DNA from: Solirubrobacteraceae bacterium | GTDB taxonomy: Bacteria > Actinomycetota > Thermoleophilia > Solirubrobacterales > Solirubrobacteraceae | Length of the DNA: 64,000 bases | Assembly: GCA_016463515.1 (NCBI GenBank) | Contig: JAEMRF010000002.1 | Location: forward strand, 15,081-79,080 | Direction: 5' to 3' | Shown here: positions 44,891-54,302 of the stretch, in pieces | Layout of the letters: every line of letters starts with the position of its first letter | How positions within the stretch are numbered: the stretch's first letter is position 1 | Made by a program: the position numbers and the translations under genes | Notes under the pieces: generated by a model | Database searches by the model: none | Seen by the model: the letters and a program-made list of their open reading frames with translations, nothing else | Told to the model about the DNA's origin: nothing

Positions 44891-46234
44891 ATGTGCAGAG
44901 CCCTGTTCGTTGCGGCCAGCCTGCTTGCTGTCGCGGTGGCCCCGATCGTCCCCGGTGCCTCTGCCGCACCGCCGGCGGGCTACGAGTACCTCCAGCTCGA
45001 GAACCACGCGGTCGAAACATTCCGCGTGCCGGCGGCGAAGTTCGCGGCGCCCTACGCCATCGCGGAGGGGAGCACCGGGGACATGTGGTGGGTGGAGGAC
45101 GGCGGGAACGTCGGCCAACTCAGCCCGAACGGCAAAGTGGTCACACGCGGGCGGCCCTTTCCTATCTCAGGAGAAACGGACCTTGTGCGGACCCGCGATG
45201 GTTCGCTCTGGTACACCGTGAATCAAGGCGTTGCCGTTCGTAGCCCGTCAGGGTCGGTATCGCTCATCACCATTCCCGCGCCACCGGGCTGCGTACCGGA
45301 ACCGTGTCGGAACGTGAGCCCACTCGAGATCGCCACTACGCCCGACGGCGCAGTCTGGACTTACGGGAACCCCGGGTTGTTTGGAGCGGTCGCGCGGATC
45401 GACCCGTCAACGCGAGCCGTTCGCACCTTTCACATCGGCGACGTGGTCGAACCCCCGGGTCAAAGGGTGGTAGTCCGAGGCTTGGCGAGCGATGCGTCTG
45501 GATCAATCTGGTTCGGCGTTCAGCGCCAGACCTTCCTCGACGGCGTCTCGCAGCCCACCGGCGCCCTCGGTCGCATCGCGCCTGACGGAACCTTGAGCAT
45601 GCTCCCTGCCCGCCACCAGACGTTCTCTGCGCCTAGCACCGTGACGCGCGGCCCAGATGGCCTGATCTGGTACGTCGTGGATGGGCCCCGCGGGAGCGCG
45701 CCTTGGATGGGACGCTTCTCTCCGGCGGGCGTTGCAGCCGACATCCCGATGCGTGATGGACCCGGCTGGACGCTTGAAACAGGCCCAGATGGCCGAGTGT
45801 GGTTCCCGGCGCTTGACGGCCTTCATGCGATGTCTCCGACAGGCGCCCAGCGGATCTACGACACGGGCGACGAGGTCGAGCGGGTTCAGGAACTCACGGT
45901 CTCGGCGCGGGGCGACATTTGGTTCACCGCGGTGAACGATCGGATCGGACGCGTAGTCCTTCGTTCGCCTAAGGTCGTGAAAGTGGTCGCGCCTGGCCGC
46001 ACCAAGCGTGGTTCACGGCCCATCGTTGTAGTCACGACCGACGGGCCAATCAGGGCATCAGTTAGCGCGCGCCTCGGGCGCCGACAACTCGGGCGCGCCT
46101 TACGTGAGCAACTCTTGGAGGGCCGCAACCAGGTGCGGCTTCCGCGCGCTTTTACGACCAGGGTCGGGGCTATTCAAGTGACTCTCGAGGGCCGCGGCGT
46201 ATCCAAGACTGTGTCGCTGCGCGTTACGCCGTAG
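44891..46234 (+). CDS. Secreted Vgb (virginiamycin B lyase)-like beta-propeller repeat protein.
   Basis: Signal peptide ending PGASA. Repeated xPDGxhWa/f motifs are DGSLWYT, TPDGAVWT, SGSIWFG, GPDGLIWY, GPDGRVWF and RGDIWFT. Confidence 0.75.
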   Translation: MCRALFVAASLLAVAVAPIVPGASAAPPAGYEYLQLENHAVETFRVPAAKFAAPYAIAEGSTGDMWWVEDGGNVGQLSPNGKVVTRGRPFPISGETDLVRTRDGSLWYTVNQGVAVRSPSGSVSLITIPAPPGCVPEPCRNVSPLEIATTPDGAVWTYGNPGLFGAVARIDPSTRAVRTFHIGDVVEPPGQRVVVRGLASDASGSIWFGVQRQTFLDGVSQPTGALGRIAPDGTLSMLPARHQTFSAPSTVTRGPDGLIWYVVDGPRGSAPWMGRFSPAGVAADIPMRDGPGWTLETGPDGRVWFPALDGLHAMSPTGAQRIYDTGDEVERVQELTVSARGDIWFTAVNDRIGRVVLRSPKVVKVVAPGRTKRGSRPIVVVTTDGPIRASVSARLGRRQLGRALREQLLEGRNQVRLPRAFTTRVGAIQVTLEGRGVSKTVSLRVTP

Positions 46235-46394
46235 CTTTGCTGCACCCCAATCTGAGCGCAACGGGAAGAGTGATGTTGCATTCCTGAAACGGGTAGACCG
46301 GCTAAACCGTCGACGGCGCCGTCCGTGACTCAGCCGTCGCCAGCCGTCTCGTTCGAACCTGGCTTCATCTGGTGGGCGTGGATAGGGTGCGAGT

Positions 46395-47219
46395 GTGGCC
46401 GGCCGGTTCGACAGTTCGCTGACTCGGGTGCAGCCGTTCTTCGAGGCGGCGTTCCAACGGGAAGGCTGGCTCGCGGCACTGCTTTCCGCCGTACCGCGCG
46501 CGAGAGCGCTCTTCGGTGAGGTCGCCGATCGGCCGGGCGACATGCTTCCGGCATTCCTCGGCGCGCACCCAACCGGCAAGGCTCCGCGGGCGTGCTTCGA
46601 GTTCGGCGTCGCGCCGGACAAGCGCTTCCTGCGGTGGTGCGCCTGTCACCCAGAGCGCCTGGCGTGGCCACCCGGTTTGAGCTACAGCGAGCAGACCACG
46701 CGGTCGCGCCGGGCACTGCTCTATGACGAGCCGCCGGGCCGCGACGTCGCTCAAGACGAGGCGCTCCGCCACATCGACGCGAACCCGACCACCAAGTCCG
46801 GCTGGTGGCGATTCGAGGGCGTCTCGCAGATCGACTGCGTCATTCAGACCGAGAAGCTCGTGATCACCGTCGAGGGAAAGCGAACGGAGCCGCTGTCGGC
46901 GGCGACCGACTGGTACCCGCAGCGCTCCCAGCTCGTTCGCAATCTCGAAGCTGCCCGACAACTGGCCAAGGGGCGAGCGTGGGGCACCCTGCTGCTGAGC
47001 GAGCACCCCGTTCTCGATGGGCAGCCTGACGAGCTGGCGGCGATCCTTGACGCCGCCGCGCCGCAGCTAGAAGAAGCCGAACGGGCCGAACTGCAGCGGG
47101 CGTACCTCGGAAACGTGACCTGGGCCGACGCGTGCGACGCGGTCGGGATCGACTTCGACGCCCTGCCCGACACGACCGCGGGCCTGAAGCCAGCCGGGTC
47201 GTCTGCGGCCGAGCTGTGA
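46395..47219 (+). CDS. Hypothetical protein with a PD-(D/E)XK-like motif.
   Basis: SQIDCVIQTEKLVITVEGKRTEP has the D...E-x-K arrangement. The gene has a GTG start. Confidence 0.55.
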   Translation: MAGRFDSSLTRVQPFFEAAFQREGWLAALLSAVPRARALFGEVADRPGDMLPAFLGAHPTGKAPRACFEFGVAPDKRFLRWCACHPERLAWPPGLSYSEQTTRSRRALLYDEPPGRDVAQDEALRHIDANPTTKSGWWRFEGVSQIDCVIQTEKLVITVEGKRTEPLSAATDWYPQRSQLVRNLEAARQLAKGRAWGTLLLSEHPVLDGQPDELAAILDAAAPQLEEAERAELQRAYLGNVTWADACDAVGIDFDALPDTTAGLKPAGSSAAEL

Positions 47220-47220
47220 C

Positions 47221-48045
47221 TTGATGAGCCCAGTTGATGGGCAGCTGTTTAAGTGGACGGCGTCTGATCGTCTGATTCCGTTCGAGCCGACGAGCGCCGA
47301 CGCCCTGGATGCGCGCGGGCACCTCCGCGCGCTGATGGAGACGCTGCAGGCGTCGCCCGGTCAGGTGCTGCATGGTGTGGTCAGCGGACCTGGAGTCGCT
47401 GGAACCGACTTGGACAACGCGCTGCTGTACAACGTCGGCGGCTCGCAAGCCGGCGCCACGCGTCACGGCGTCGCGCTGGAGCGCCACGCAGGAGGAGGGC
47501 CGGGCGTCCGCTACGGGTACCGCCTCACCGACGACCCGTCCGCGGGGGTCTCGACCGGCGAGCAGATCGTCCGCGTGCCCGAGGCCTCACTGCCGGGCCA
47601 TCCGGCGAGTTGGCTGGACATCTGGGCGGCCGTCCGGCGCGCCGCACGGATCGAGGTCGTTCAGGAGGCGCCGGCCGATCGCGAGCTCGCGCTGCGCGTT
47701 ACGGTCGGCGCGCCCTCGTTCAGGGGCTCGGCGAACGGCGAGTTCGTCAAACGCATCATCGACGGAATCACGACCGCGCTGCACGAGAGCTCCGCGCTCG
47801 TCTCGACCGACGCGGCCGAGCGCCTCGCGAGCAGGGCGAGACTCGACACCGCCAAGATCGCCGAATTGCTGCAGGCCGACGACAACGCGGTCCTCGGCGA
47901 GACCCCGGGACTCATTGTGGCGCGAGGCCCGGGCGTGCAGTGCCGGCCCCGCGACGACCGCATCAGCGTTCTGCGCATCGAGCTGGATCGCACCAGCACC
48001 CGCTGGTCACTCGACGCCACGCTCTCCGCCGTCGCAGCCGGATAA
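47221..48045 (+). CDS. Hypothetical protein (274 aa).
   Basis: It starts 1 nt after the upstream stop, so it looks like an operon partner. GEFVKRIIDGITTAL...PRDDRISVLRIE weakly resembles RusA. Confidence 0.5.
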   Translation: MMSPVDGQLFKWTASDRLIPFEPTSADALDARGHLRALMETLQASPGQVLHGVVSGPGVAGTDLDNALLYNVGGSQAGATRHGVALERHAGGGPGVRYGYRLTDDPSAGVSTGEQIVRVPEASLPGHPASWLDIWAAVRRAARIEVVQEAPADRELALRVTVGAPSFRGSANGEFVKRIIDGITTALHESSALVSTDAAERLASRARLDTAKIAELLQADDNAVLGETPGLIVARGPGVQCRPRDDRISVLRIELDRTSTRWSLDATLSAVAAG

Positions 48046-48237
48046 GCCGCCACCGCGACACGCAGTCGAGCAGCGCAGCACGAGTGCCTACACGCAGACT
48101 GAAGTCCACGCTCACGGCCACGTTCAGTTCGCTAGTTGCTCAGAGTCGCAGCCCTGCGAGGCGTGCGCCCCGCTTCTCGTCCGGAGCGACACCGACCGGA
48201 CGCGGCCCTAGGGCACCTAGTTGGCGTCAAGGCAGCA

Positions 48238-48699
48238 CTAGGACACGTAGGCCTTGCGCACCATGGCGGCCGTCCATCGGTTCGTACCGTGGGCCGGGGG
48301 AACACTCCTACTGTTCAACGTCGCGGCGATCTCGGTGAGGGACTTGCCTTTCACAAGCAGCGTGCGGATCTGCGTCCGCCACGAATAGTCCCGTTGGTTG
48401 CACCAGACGTGGGCCAAGCGAACGTTCTCGGGGCGAAGGTGCCCGCCGTCCTTCTTGAGGATCGGGTAGTGGTCGGGAGAGGGCGCCCAATTGGTGCGCG
48501 GCGTGGTGACCGGATCGAACGCGCCGCGCCCTTTGTGGTGGTAGCACTGCGGCATCTCGCACTTCAGGGCGAGGAGCTGGCCGCGCTCGGCCATCTGCAC
48601 CAGAACGCCCCTCGCACCAAGCGCGTGGAGCTGGTCTGCGATCGAGCTATCCGCGCCGTCGCCGCCAGCCGCTGCTTTCGTCATCGAGCACCCTTCCAC
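48238..48699 (-). CDS. HNH endonuclease with a C-terminal recombinase-type HTH.
   Basis: CEMPQCYH...DHYPILKKDGGH...ENVRLAHVWCN is the HNH core. It is followed by GKSLTEIAATLN..GTNRWTAAMVRK. Confidence 0.7.
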   Translation of the reverse strand: MEGCSMTKAAAGGDGADSSIADQLHALGARGVLVQMAERGQLLALKCEMPQCYHHKGRGAFDPVTTPRTNWAPSPDHYPILKKDGGHLRPENVRLAHVWCNQRDYSWRTQIRTLLVKGKSLTEIAATLNSRSVPPAHGTNRWTAAMVRKAYVS

Positions 48700-49000
48700 G
48701 TTGGACTCACCGTGGGGAGCGGAGCGACCCCGGGTCGCACCGTCGCTTCACGGCTGGATGCTGGTGACTCGCTTGCCCCCACGGAGAACGTCGGGAATCT
48801 CATCGGCCGCTGCGACGCTCGCCGTGAGATCTTGTGCGTCGGGGGAGACGCGTCGCCGATCACCGCAGGCCGGGCCGTGGTTGTTTCTCTCCATGCTGAG
48901 CAGAGAGCTGCCGGTCTTCGCGCAACGGAGCACCGCACCAACGCGCGTCGTCGCTCTAGGTCTGCAAACAAACTCGGATCAGCCGCGCGCCCGCGGGCGA

Positions 49001-50128
49001 TCAGATGCTGGCCGCGGGCGGGTCTTCGGTGCCGTCCTCGTCGTCCGGCGGCTCGTCAGCGCGGGCTTGTTCCTCGATCTCCTCCTCGATGATGTCGGTG
49101 AGGGGGATGTCCTCGTCGTGCTCAGGCTCCGCCGCCGTAGTGGCCGACACGCCGTCCGGGAATGGCAGCTCGTACTTGTCGCACAGGAACTGCTGGCGAT
49201 ACAGCAGGTCCGCCCCGTCGGCGGTCCTGGACAGTGTCCACGCGTTAAGGGTCGCGCCGATGGCGATGCCGATGAACGGCAGCGCCATCCCGAGCGCGCG
49301 CTTTGTGAGCCGCTGGCCGAGCAGCTCAAAGACCCGACGGACGATCTTGGTGATCACGCTGTGATCGAGCTGCTTCCAGACCGCGTTGCGCACAATCAGC
49401 CCGGCCAACTTCTGCAGCTCGTTGTAGGCGCGGTTCTTTGCGGCCTGCGTGCTCGCGGTCGCATAGTTGAGCACGCCCAGCGCGCGCAGCCGCTCCTCTG
49501 GCCGGTTCACGTCATAGCCGTAGTAGGCGGCGATGTGAAAGACCTCCCGCGCGGATCCGAACAGGACCGCAGCGGTGTCTGCGGCTATGGCGCCGACGAC
49601 CACGGCGGCGCCAGGCGCGGCTCCGGCGCCGGCTCCGGGGGCTGCGCCTATACCGCCTCCGCCCGCGCCTCCGGCCGCCCCTCCGGCGGTACCGCCGACC
49701 AGCGCGGCGATCTCGCCGCTGGTCACCGCGACGCCGGCGGCAGCGCCGGTCGCTGCTCCCGCCGCCATGTAGCCGATGCCGATGGAGGGCTTGGCCTTGT
49801 CGATGTCCCGCAGTGCGAGTTGCTGGATGTCGGTGATCAACGCGACGCGGTGCCCGTCGTCGCTGTAAGCCGAGATGATCCTCTTCTGCCAAAGCGAATT
49901 GGCGGCGAGCCTCGCCCCGACCTCACCAGCGGCCTTGAGCACCTCCTGCACCAAGTCTTCGGCCTGATCAAAGCCGGGAACCGATGACGCGCCGTCGTGG
50001 GCGCTGCGGCCAAGTTTGCCGGCACGCTCGCGCACGGGACCGGGCACCAGCCGCCGAGGCGACCGCGATAACTGTCGCTGTCGCTCGCGCTCCAGCGCAT
50101 CCCAAGCCTTCTTGTCGTAGTCGTCCAT
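49001..50128 (-). CDS. EcsC-family protein.
   Basis: The internal ATG at 50128 has a GAGAGGGG RBS. The N-terminus DDYDKKAWDALERER is followed by a Gly/Ala-rich hydrophobic core and FHIAAYYGYD...RALGVL, typical of EcsC. Confidence 0.65.
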   Translation of the reverse strand: MDDYDKKAWDALERERQRQLSRSPRRLVPGPVRERAGKLGRSAHDGASSVPGFDQAEDLVQEVLKAAGEVGARLAANSLWQKRIISAYSDDGHRVALITDIQQLALRDIDKAKPSIGIGYMAAGAATGAAAGVAVTSGEIAALVGGTAGGAAGGAGGGGIGAAPGAGAGAAPGAAVVVGAIAADTAAVLFGSAREVFHIAAYYGYDVNRPEERLRALGVLNYATASTQAAKNRAYNELQKLAGLIVRNAVWKQLDHSVITKIVRRVFELLGQRLTKRALGMALPFIGIAIGATLNAWTLSRTADGADLLYRQQFLCDKYELPFPDGVSATTAAEPEHDEDIPLTDIIEEEIEEQARADEPPDDEDGTEDPPAASI

Positions 50129-50774
50129 TGGCCCCTCTCGTGATCGGCCCAGTACCAGGTGCGTTGCCCTGCTCGCCGAACGGTAAAGAAGTGTGAATGC
50201 GCTCGTGCCGAGCTCGGGGCTACTGGTCGGCGGTGCGCTGACCCGTATCAGCGGCCGTCTAGAATCGAGCGGCGGCTTCCATCGCCGCTGCGACAAGAAC
50301 GTCCGCCGCTGGCGCTCGATCTCGGGCTCCGCGAACCGCGTGATGCCGCGCTCGTATCGGCGGTCCTGCTTCGTCGGAGACCGGCAGATCCGGGGTCGTC
50401 GCGGTGCCCGCTGTCCAAGCGAGGCGCTAACTGCCCTTTGTCGTCCGATGCGGTGGCGCGCCGGGATACTCCTCGCCGGGTGGGCGCCGCCGCATGAATT
50501 GACAGCGTGGGTCGACCGATCAGTGCCGGTCAGACAGAGGTCGCGGACGACGGGTCGTGGGACTGCATCAACGTGGTACTGGTCGGATGACACATGGCGG
50601 TGTCAGTGCAACGACTGGGCGGTGGCGATCCGTGACGCGTCCACCGAGGTCGGGCTGCCTGGACACATCGTTCACGTGGGCCACCTGTTGCTCGCGGCGG
50701 ATTGAACGCTCGGCTCGTCGGGTGCTCGCTCGGGCGCGCTGAGGTCGCGCCCTGACCTCCGGGCCCGAGACCGT

Positions 50775-51671
50775 TCAATCGCCGACGAGCTGCAGGCGAC
50801 GGTCGGCGGCGGCGATCGTGACGCGCTGTCCCCAGTCCACGCGCAGACGGTCGGCTTCCATCCCGTCGGCGAAGACAACGCCGTCCTCGCCGAGTTCGCA
50901 GGTGACCGTGATCGCGGCACCGGGGTCGACCAGGCCGGCCGTGAGACGAGTGCCGGTATGTGGGCCGTCCCAGGCTTCACGGACGAACCAGGCAAGCTGC
51001 GGGGCGACCGGTCCCGGGAGGTCAATAGGGTCGCGGCGGCCGTGGTTGATGCTCTGGGCCCAGCCGGTGGCGCCTGTGCCGGTCGCGGCGATCAGGCCGG
51101 AGGAGGATTGGTGTTCGCGCTGCCCGTTGATCGACAGCGTGTAGCGGGCCGACTGGTGGGTGCGGTGGCCGAAGAAGATCTCGTTCAGCGCGAGAACCTG
51201 TTGGCCGTCGTCCAGCGTGGCGGCCGCCATCGTCCGTTGTTGGACGGAGGCACGCCCAGCAACGACGTCGGCGCATAGATCGCCAATCGCGTCCGGTGAC
51301 TGGGTGACGAGGACACCTGGGTTGCGGTCGGGTTCGGGATTCAGGCCGATCACGGGCTGGCCGTCGAGGTACTTCGCGACGTTGGCGACGAGCCCGTCTT
51401 GCCCCAGCACCACGATGATGTCGTCCTCGGCGAAGAGGAAGCGGTCGAGGTCGGCGCGCCCCAGCGTGGCAATCCGCCATTCACTGGGAAAGGCGCCGAG
51501 TACCCGCGTGCGCGTCTCCTGGTACCGCAAGTGGCGCTCCTCGACGTCGGCGAGGTCGATGTCGCGCTGCGCAAGGAAGAAACGTGCCTGCTCTCGCGTC
51601 CCGTGTCGTGCGAGCACGTCGGCGTAGTCAGTGGGCCGTTCGACCAGGACGCAGCGGGGGGCGAGTGTCAT
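50775..51671 (-). CDS. NAD kinase-family (ATP-NAD/diacylglycerol-kinase fold) protein with a degenerate GGDGT motif.
   Basis: DIIVVLGQDGLVANVAKYL, PVIGLNPEP, ALNEIFFG and GLIAATGTGATGWAQS (compare NadK TPTGSTAY). The start overlaps the SPFH stop as ATGA. Confidence 0.7.
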   Translation of the reverse strand: MTLAPRCVLVERPTDYADVLARHGTREQARFFLAQRDIDLADVEERHLRYQETRTRVLGAFPSEWRIATLGRADLDRFLFAEDDIIVVLGQDGLVANVAKYLDGQPVIGLNPEPDRNPGVLVTQSPDAIGDLCADVVAGRASVQQRTMAAATLDDGQQVLALNEIFFGHRTHQSARYTLSINGQREHQSSSGLIAATGTGATGWAQSINHGRRDPIDLPGPVAPQLAWFVREAWDGPHTGTRLTAGLVDPGAAITVTCELGEDGVVFADGMEADRLRVDWGQRVTIAAADRRLQLVGD

Positions 51672-52669
51672 TTTTCGGTCCTGCCGATCCGCGCCAGGAC
51701 GGGGGTGAGCATGTCCGGCGTGATCGTGAGGTGCTCGATCTGCCCGAGCTGGCCGGCGAGCTCGCGGAGCGCGAGTGCAAGGAGCACGTCAGCGGGTATC
51801 TCCGCGTCGATCCGCGCGCGCTCGGCGTCGATCTTCAGCTGTGCGCCCTGTACTTCGCTGATCGTTGCCGCCTGGCGCGTTGCGGCGAGCGCCCCGCGGT
51901 CGTCCGCGGCGCGAGCGTCGACCAGGGCGGCCACGGCTTCCTCCTCGGCGCGCCGACGGGTGTTCGCGCCCTCCTGCGCGACGAGGTCTTCCTCTCGCCG
52001 GGCGAGCTCGATGCGGTTCTGTAGCTCGTTCTCGGCGATCGCGCGCTCCTTCTCGACCGCCAGCGCACGCCGTTGGAACGTCGCCTCATCGGCCTGCTGC
52101 TGGATCGCCTCGCGGGTGGGCTGCTGCAGCGCCTTCTCCAGGTCCGCGGTGGGCGCGACCGCTGCGACGCGTACCGCGACGACCTCGATGCCCAGGTCGA
52201 TGAGCGCCTGCTCCGCTGCAAGCCCGTCGGCGATCTGGGCACGGATGGGCGCGACCCCATCGGCCAGGACCTGGCGGACGTCGCGCTTGACGAGCTCGTC
52301 GATGGCGAACTGCTGGGCGAGCTGCATCACGAGGCCGGCCAGCTGTTCCAGCGGCGTCTGCCTCCAGGCGCCGGTGTCGAGGTCGATCGCGAAGTCGATG
52401 CGCCGGGCGACGCGCTGCGGATCGACCACGCGGTACGTGATGGCGCCCTGCACCGTCAGCTCCTGGAAGTCCGCGCTGCGCACGTGGAAGACGAACGGCT
52501 GCTCGCGGTCGTCGATCGGCACCTCCGCGATCGCCGCGTTGATGGCCCGAAACCAGAACGCCTCGCCTTGTCCCTCGCGCCGCAACTCGCCGCCTCGGTA
52601 CGCGAGTACGTGGCTCGTCGGCTCAGCACGCAGGTGACGGATGAACGGGTAGGTCTTGATATCGGCCAT
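51668..52669 (-). CDS. SPFH/band-7 (flotillin/prohibitin-like) protein without a TM segment.
   Basis: The SPFH core (FHVRSADFQELTVQGAITYRVVDP) is followed by a long Ala/Glu/Arg-rich coiled coil. Confidence 0.85.
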   Translation of the reverse strand: MADIKTYPFIRHLRAEPTSHVLAYRGGELRREGQGEAFWFRAINAAIAEVPIDDREQPFVFHVRSADFQELTVQGAITYRVVDPQRVARRIDFAIDLDTGAWRQTPLEQLAGLVMQLAQQFAIDELVKRDVRQVLADGVAPIRAQIADGLAAEQALIDLGIEVVAVRVAAVAPTADLEKALQQPTREAIQQQADEATFQRRALAVEKERAIAENELQNRIELARREEDLVAQEGANTRRRAEEEAVAALVDARAADDRGALAATRQAATISEVQGAQLKIDAERARIDAEIPADVLLALALRELAGQLGQIEHLTITPDMLTPVLARIGRTEK

Positions 52670-52801
52670 CGCGGAATCCGGTCCTTTTGGTCGTTCTGCC
52701 TAAAAACAGCGTAAGAGGCGAGTGGCGAAGGGTCAAGAAGGTTTTGGGCAGTACGACTTTTTGGCGCGTGTGCGCTCGTCCTGCTCCCTACGATCGGGCA
52801 C

Positions 52802-53476
52802 GTGTGGACAGCGCGGAACAGCGAGGGCTACGAGGCGCCCGCGGCGCTGGCGGTCGACACCGTTCTGCTCACCGCGCGTGCTGGTGACCTGCTCGTGCTG
52901 GCGACGCAAATCGACGACGGACACCGTGCCCTGCCGGGCGGCCTGGTCGGCGCCGGCGAATCACCGGAGGACACCGCCCGGCGCAAGCTCGCCGAGAAGA
53001 CCGGCGTCACCGACGTCTATGTCGAGCAGCTTGCCGCGTTCGCCAACCCCGGCCGCGACCCGCGCGGCTGGATTCCCTCGATCGCCCACCTCGCACTGGT
53101 TCCGCCCGACACGAAACCTCGCGACCCGGACGCCGCGTGGATCACCGCGCGAGGCCGTCACCGCTGGGCGTTCGACCACCGCGACATCGTGCGCACCGCC
53201 CTGGACCGGGTCGAGGGCAAGCTCTGGTGGTCGAACGTCGCCGTGGGCATCCTTCCTGCCAGCTTCCCCCTCTCCAAGGCGCGCACCGTGTACGAGGCGA
53301 TCGGGCACACGCACTACGACCCGGCCACGTTCGCACGCGACTTGAAGGCGACCGGGCTCATCGAGCCGACCGGCGAGACCAGCGCCCAAGGCCCCGGCCG
53401 ACCTGCGGCGCTCTACCGCTTCACGTCCCGCGAGCCCAACTGGGGCGCCGGAAGACGCAAGCGCATCGCCACCTGA
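52802..53476 (+). CDS. NrtR-like regulator: Nudix domain with a degenerate Nudix box, plus a C-terminal winged helix.
   Basis: LPGGLVGAGESPEDTARRKLAEKTGV is the Nudix box. The C-terminal FPLSKARTVYEAI...FARDLKATGLIEPTG...GRPAALYRF matches the NrtR wHTH pattern. The gene has a GTG start. Confidence 0.7.
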   Translation: MWTARNSEGYEAPAALAVDTVLLTARAGDLLVLATQIDDGHRALPGGLVGAGESPEDTARRKLAEKTGVTDVYVEQLAAFANPGRDPRGWIPSIAHLALVPPDTKPRDPDAAWITARGRHRWAFDHRDIVRTALDRVEGKLWWSNVAVGILPASFPLSKARTVYEAIGHTHYDPATFARDLKATGLIEPTGETSAQGPGRPAALYRFTSREPNWGAGRRKRIAT

Positions 53477-54189
53477 CGACCGCCCAGTCCGGTCGGATCG
53501 CCCCCGGCACGTGTGGGTTCGCTGCTACTTCCGGCGGCACCGTCGCCGTCGGCAGTCCGCTCGGGTAGGCGAGCGAGCATGCCGCGGCCGCGTGTCAAGC
53601 CCACGGCCGCCCGATCGACAGGAGGCGGTCATGCGCCCTGCCCTGGTTGGCCGGGGTCCGGTTCCGCCGCCGCGCTGGCCGTCGTCACGCCACTATGCCG
53701 CGTCGCGCGTTACGTGATCGTGACGTTGGGCTCGCCGGGGCGATCTGCGCTGCCTTGCGGATCGAAGACGGCAACTTGGACCGGGACAGGTCCAGTCGGG
53801 TGACGACGCCGAGCTGACGAGCCGAGTCCGCGCCGTGCTGCTCGCCGCCCGCTGACTGGAGTGGAACCAGCCGGGTCAGGAGGCCTCAATGCCGGAGAGT
53901 CACCCGGCGGTGGCGTACGGCGTGCCGAGGAAGGCATCCGTCGCGGGGACCGTCCCCGGCGTCCGATCGACCGGGGCCTCCAGCAAGGGGGCGACAGCAC
54001 TCGGACGCCTGCCCACACCGCACACCCCTGGCCGCCGACGCTTCATCCCGGGCGCTCTCGGCCCAAGCATGTCCGGACAGGGACCCGCCGCATGTGGTGT
54101 CGCAGACGGTGTCGGGCGAGCGTGCCGTCACCGACCCCGACGACTGCCTGCTGCATAAGCAATCACCTACACTGTCCGGCCATATGTGA

Positions 54190-54217
54190 CCCTGCAGGAA
54201 ATGATCGTTTTGCAGGG
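54190..54217. repeat. Inverted repeat CCCTGCA-N14-TGCAGGG in a visibly less GC-rich, gene-free gap.
   Basis: Read directly from the sequence. TTTGCAGGGA (54209-54218) is also present at 60700-60709 in the att-proximal repeat. Confidence 0.3.
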
Positions 54218-54286
54218 ATAAACACTTCTCGGGGCAACGCCAAAGTGCAGAACCCAAGATAGGGCCAAAGTTGAGCCAGAAAGACC

Positions 54287-54302
54287 CTAGGGCGCCCCCT
54301 AG
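54287..54302 (-). terminator. Short hairpin CTAGGG-CGCC-CCCTAG downstream of the replication-relaxation gene.
   Basis: It lies about 30 nt after the stop at 54331 on the minus strand. The stem is only 6 bp. Confidence 0.3.

Noticed and set aside
49512-49892. ORFs with poly-Ala/Pro/Gly or poly-Arg translations (49575-49772 plus strand, 49512-49892 minus strand).
   Set aside because: They are alternative-frame readings of the Gly/Ala-rich hydrophobic core of the EcsC-family gene.
52670-52801. A confident NrtR operator call in the divergent intergenic region.
   Set aside because: Only an imperfect inverted repeat with a ~32-nt spacer is visible. I cannot match it to a known NrtR box from memory, so it is mentioned only as a possibility.
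53861-54262. ORFs 53513-53803, 53710-54018, 53861-54262, 53886-54257 and 53889-54158 in the NrtR/replication-relaxation gap.
   Set aside because: They are mutually overlapping on both strands, have no RBS and have low-complexity Arg/Pro/Gly composition. At best they are remnants of a decayed gene.
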